Shown in pieces: positions 51,868-56,415 of a stretch of DNA of 56,415 nt. The DNA comes from Schmidtea nova. Taxonomy: Eukaryota. Position 1 is the first letter of the stretch. The number at the start of each line of letters is the position of its first letter. The DNA lies in contig CM097882.1 of the NCBI GenBank assembly GCA_044892505.1, positions 140,499,586-140,556,000 of the forward strand. Reading direction: 5' to 3'. Below the pieces are notes generated by a model. That model worked only from the letters and a program-made list of their open reading frames with translations, was not told the origin of the DNA and made no database searches. Both the position numbers and the translations under genes were made by a program.

Positions 51868-54225
51868 ACATAATGAATGACTTGATAAGGTGCTAGGTCG
51901 CATTAGAGAAGCCGGACTTAAATTATCACCCGATAAGTGTGTATTTTTAAAAACAGAGGTTAGCTATCTAAGGCATATCAAAAATAAGGAAGGTATTAAA
52001 ACAGATTCAGAAAAAATCATAAGTATCAGTTCATGGGAAATTCCAGCATGTAAAAATAGTTGCAGTCATTCTTGGGATTTTTCAATTACTACAGACGTTT
52101 TATTAAATGTTATGCAGACTTCAGAGAAATTGAGTGCGATGCTACATTAATGAAAGCAGTTTCTAGTGGAATGAGGACAGAAAAACAGCGTTCTATGAGC
52201 TAAAGCGGTTATTGTCTGCCCCGCCATTGTTGGCATTACCATGCAAAGAATGGCAATATATTTTAGACACTGATGCATCGCATAATAGCATTAGGGATGT
52301 CTTGTCACAGATATGAGAAGGTGAGGAAAGAGTACTATGTTATGCTTCAAAAACTATGAGTAAGATCAGAGGTGGTAATGCATAAAAAAGAAAGAACTAC
52401 TGGTAATTTCTACATTTGTGTTAAAATTTAAGCATTATCTCCTCGGATCCAAATTTATAGTAAGGACTGATCACAAGGCATTGAAGTGGCTTTTGAATTG
52501 GGATAGCTGAAATTGAGTTGGAAATTTTTGACAAAGTTTTCGAATATACGAAAGGCAGCGAACATGTTAACGCTGATGCAATGTCACGATTACCACCATG
52601 TGAACAATGTCTGATCACCCATGGTGACCCTAAGAACGGAGAAATGTCAAAGTATACAAGGATGAAGAGGTTGAGGAAAGTGACCGTGAACCTGAAAGGA
52701 CAATGAATTATTTATTCAAGCAAAAGGATGATTGGAGACAAGACAAGGATGCAGATATTCAGTTTATAATTAAATTGATGGAGAAAGGTGATTATTTAAC
52801 TGAAGAAAATTTAACTAATTTAACGAATGGCAGTAAAGAACTAAAAGAATTGTGGGCTCTTAGAACACACTGGAGAGTGTGAGGTGGTTTACTATATATT
52901 TTCCGAGATGATATATATTTATTGGTAGTACCAGGAACGGAATGAGATTCCATCGTTAGGCAGTTTCATTCCTGTTAAGAGCATACAGGTATTGAAAAGA
53001 CAATTGGAGCCATTAAAAATGAGTTTTATTTGCCAACAATGGATAGGGAGATACGGGAAGTTATTGTAACATGTAAGGAATGTTTACATAATAAAAACTT
53101 AAACGGGCGAGTTAAAACACCTTTACATAACATTGTTGGTGAAAGACAATTCCAGATTATTGGAATCGATATAACAGGACAATTTAAAGCAACAACGGAG
53201 GGTTACAGATATATACTAGATATCATCTCGAAGTATATAAGCTTAATACAAATGAAAACGACGGAAGCACCGAAGATTTCACTAGAACTATGGAGAAACT
53301 GGATATCAAAATTCGGTGTCCCAGAGAGAATACAGTCTGATTGTGGAAATAACTTTCAATCACAACTTTTTCTCGAATACTGCAAACTCTTGGGAATTCA
53401 AAAATCTTTCACTTCACCTTATTATCCACAAAGTGATGGACTGGTAGAAAGATTATTTGGAGCGGCTAAAAGTATGATAGGCGCGATGTTGGAAAAAGGA
53501 AAACGAGGGATTGGAGCAAGATTCTACCAACCATAGAGTTTCGGCTAAGAATCACTAAACAGAAAACCACAAAGCATTCCTAATACGAGATTGTATTCGG
53601 AAAGAAAGCAAGACTCCCAATCGGACCGACACAAGTACAAGGAGAGAAGGTGACTAATTATGATTACTATATAGAACAACTACAGACAGATATTCATACA
53701 ACTCAAGAGAAAGTTAAACGTATTACTGAAGAAAGTAGGAAGAAAACTGCAGAAAGATATAATTTAAATCGTTGGTATAAGGATGTACGGATTGAAGAGC
53801 TAGTGATAGTTAGAAACTAAGACAGAAAAGGGTTTGAAAGAAAATTAGTAGGCCCTTTATTATTCAGGAAATAATAAACAAATGGACATTTGCACTATAT
53901 ACTGATAAATTAAGGAAGACAATAAGAAGGAATTTCAATTAAGTTAAAATTATCAAGGACATTGGTAAGAGAATCGATCTAGAGAGCATTACAAAAAAAA
54001 CAATGTTTGGTCAACAAAATCGAGCGTTCAAACAAAAGACAGAAAGATTTATCCAAAGAGAGAGACCAGAATCCAAATCCTCGTTACCGCTTCAATTGTC
54101 AGTGAGGTGGATGTTATATGGATTAAATTATTATTTAATTCATATATTAGAATTTTAAATTAATACAATTTTAAATTGTTTTAATAATAATAGAATTTAA
54201 CATAAATTGTAAATTAGTTTTTTAT

Positions 54226-54603
54226 ATGGAATTTATTTTTATTTTTCGTAATTTTTTTTATATATTTATAAAAACTGAATTGAAAATTTTTATTGACATT
54301 CCCATTGATAAAATAATAGAATATATACAACTTCTATTATCTATTTATCTAGATGGTGATGATGTACATAACTCAAAAGGCTTTGCGTTCTCTCTTGGCT
54401 TTATAAATCGTATATTTATAACCATTTCGACAATACTTGATTATGTCAATGGAATTCATTCTGTCTCATTTCAAAAGTTAATCAACTTAAATTTTTTTGA
54501 TTACAGATGTAAAGACTTTGATATCAATAGGAAAAATATCAAACTGTTGAGCACAATTAATACTCCGAATCATGGGATATTTATGAGTCAAAAACAAATT
54601 TAA
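54226..54603 (+). CDS. Hypothetical ORF (125 aa), possibly an exon
   Basis: Open frame only. The AT-rich start looks non-coding and no family is recognised. Confidence 0.15.
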   Translation: MEFIFIFRNFFYIFIKTELKIFIDIPIDKIIEYIQLLLSIYLDGDDVHNSKGFAFSLGFINRIFITISTILDYVNGIHSVSFQKLINLNFFDYRCKDFDINRKNIKLLSTINTPNHGIFMSQKQI

Positions 54604-55847
54604 CACAACCACCAATATATTCCTTCAAAAAAGAAAAAATTAGGTTACAAACTTAAATATCTTTCCAAAAATTTGTCCATTTAAATCATGGGTGGCCAGC
54701 CCAAATGATTTTGCAGGTTACTTTGGCAATTCATCATAACTCCACGAGCCGCACATAAAATTACATATACCCATATTAGATTTAGATACACTAAACATTT
54801 TTGAAGTTAAAAATCGAAACATAATGAGTTATTATTATTCTTACATGTAAGCATAGATAATATAATAATAATAATAATATTTTCGTCCACTATCCTTCTT
54901 TTCTTTGCAGTCATACTTCATTTTATTACCGACAATACTATGAAAATGTTTGTTTATTGATATAATTAGAATGTTTAAATTACCCCGGTCAAAATAAACG
55001 TATGATGAATCTCGCGTGCCAGAAAATGTTCAATGCGAGCCGTGGGTCGGAAAACCTTGATTTATAAAATTGAGGATAGATCAGTAGTCTTGGTATTCCT
55101 AAATTCATACTTTGGGATATTTTCAGCCGTAGAAAGATTTTAGGCGCATTTCAGCTACAATTAAATATGTTCTTTTCAAACATCTTTTTAAAACTTGACT
55201 TTATTGCTGAAGGTTCTGGCGAGAGCTGTTTTATTAATTTAAATCACAAACTCTAAACAGTTCAGATTTAACTGTTTTTGATCTAAGACATTTCAATTTT
55301 ACACAAGCTTCGTTAACTGCATTTGATAAATTATTTGGATGTACAGTAAATTAGACAGAGACAAGTTGATAACTTTTTTGTAGTATATTAAACGAATAAT
55401 TTTCTGCAAAAGGAATAATTTACTATAAAATTCCTCACATCAATGAAGTAATGCTTTGTGGTGCAAAGCAATTGCCAGCAAATTTAGTATGTTTCCAGCA
55501 AGACTTACAGCCTGCTTACATGGTCTCCTACACAAATTGAAAATACCTTTGTTACTTAGTTTGATATTTTGTAAAGGTTTTAATTAATTTTAAGTATGTA
55601 CCATATTCTTTACTTTTATCTTGGGCCTCATAGGAATTAGCTTTCACTAGTTTAGATATCTTCATTAAATAAATATAAGTTTAATTTCAGCATTAGTTAT
55701 TTTAGATAGTATTCAAATCTTTAACCTTTAACTTTGATCTTTTATGATCTGATTTCTTTTATAATTATCAATTAAAAAGGTGGTTCAGAATATTTGTGTT
55801 GAATAGGAAAAAAATATAATATTTAAAAATGATAATATATAAAAATT

Positions 55848-55851
<4 letters not shown>

Positions 55852-55923
<72 letters not shown>
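55852..55923. repeat. (TA)n microsatellite
   Basis: Directly visible. Confidence 0.95.
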
Positions 55924-55925
<2 letters not shown>

Positions 55926-56249
55926 TATTTGGATTTTAGTTTGTCGAATGTGTGATGTAGAGGAGAATTGTAGATCCCGAGAGAGTCAGACGTTAACTAT
56001 GTGCCGACACTCGGGGTGTGTGCTATGTAGTGCGATTACAAGGATAATAAAAATAAATAGTTGCAATTAAATAAATAGAACGATTATTAGATTACAAAAA
56101 TTTATTAAAAACAAGGTAATAGTAAAACCACGAAAATGTTACTTTGTTATTCAATGTCTTGGCTTTCTCTTTTCAGTTAAAGTTTCCTTTCGATTGCTAT
56201 TTTCTCTTGATAATAATTCTTTTTTTTATAAGTAATTCTCTAATCTTCC

Positions 56250-56415
56250 TATAATTAAGATGGTTTTGGATTTTCTTGTTATTTTGGATTTTCTTGTTAT
56301 TTTCCTTTAGTAAATATTCAATTTGTATAATTAAGATGGTTTTGGATTTTCTTGTTATCTTGGATTTTCTTGTTATTTTCCTTTAGTAAATATTCAATTT
56401 GTATAATTAAGATGG
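56250..56415. repeat. 76-bp tandem repeat (at least 2.2 copies) with an 18-bp internal subrepeat
   Basis: TATAATTAAGATGG starts at 56250, 56326 and 56402; the array runs off the window. Confidence 0.9.

Larger units (their letters stand above)
44807..54202 (+). mobile_element. Degraded Ty3/Gypsy element with 91-bp LTRs, interrupted by a Polinton derivative
   Basis: LTRs at 44807-44897 and 54112-54202 (6 mismatches), 5-bp TSD TAAAT, a PBS-like TGACGTCACGAGC, and a purine tract before the 3' LTR. Relics of gag with CCHC (44960-45729), protease FDSGA (46084-46464), RT (50860-52000), RNase H DTDAS and integrase (52960-53600). Confidence 0.9.

Noticed and set aside
54690-54800. Minus-strand CNFMCGSWSYD resembling a Cys-loop receptor segment
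   Set aside because: About ten residues of similarity followed by a stop, with no supporting exons.
1-56415. Alternative genetic code (TAA/TAG = Gln, or TGA = Trp), suggested by in-frame TAA at Gln-compatible sites (KFS*AETRY, DVE*WF)
   Set aside because: In-frame TAA, TAG and TGA all occur, some at non-Gln positions (Ig Trp, hAT CI*MSTDG). AMD1 uses only CAA/CAG for Gln, and frameshifts accompany the stops. GC-to-AT decay of pseudogenes explains the pattern.

Overview
A very AT-rich, gapped eukaryotic scaffold with an animal-type transposon repertoire; I cannot name the species. Runs of N lie at about 956-1220, 3186-3321, 6750-7340, 7743-7893, 28072-28261, 29240-29453, 38711-38838, 39705-39872 and 40049-40191. 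The window is mostly decayed mobile elements: three LTR retrotransposons (8439-15220, about 32809-36365 and 44807-54202), a 3.9-kb Polinton/Maverick derivative nested in the third, two Penelope-like fragments, a Charlie-type hAT with TIRs and TSD, hAT, mariner and MULE relics, two MITEs and four copies of a long palindrome. The only host gene I recognise is a disrupted S-adenosylmethionine decarboxylase. The most striking object is the CsRN1-clade Gypsy element at 8439-15220. Between its PBS and gag it carries about 300 codons of intronless immunoglobulin-domain sequence, then a hydrophobic stretch, then a ubiquitin-like domain ending in RVLGG fused directly to Gag. All of these are in one reading frame, which also continues an ORF running through the LTR. 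This copy is inactivated by three stops and two frame-shifting indels. All protein-family assignments are from motif recognition by eye, without database searches.
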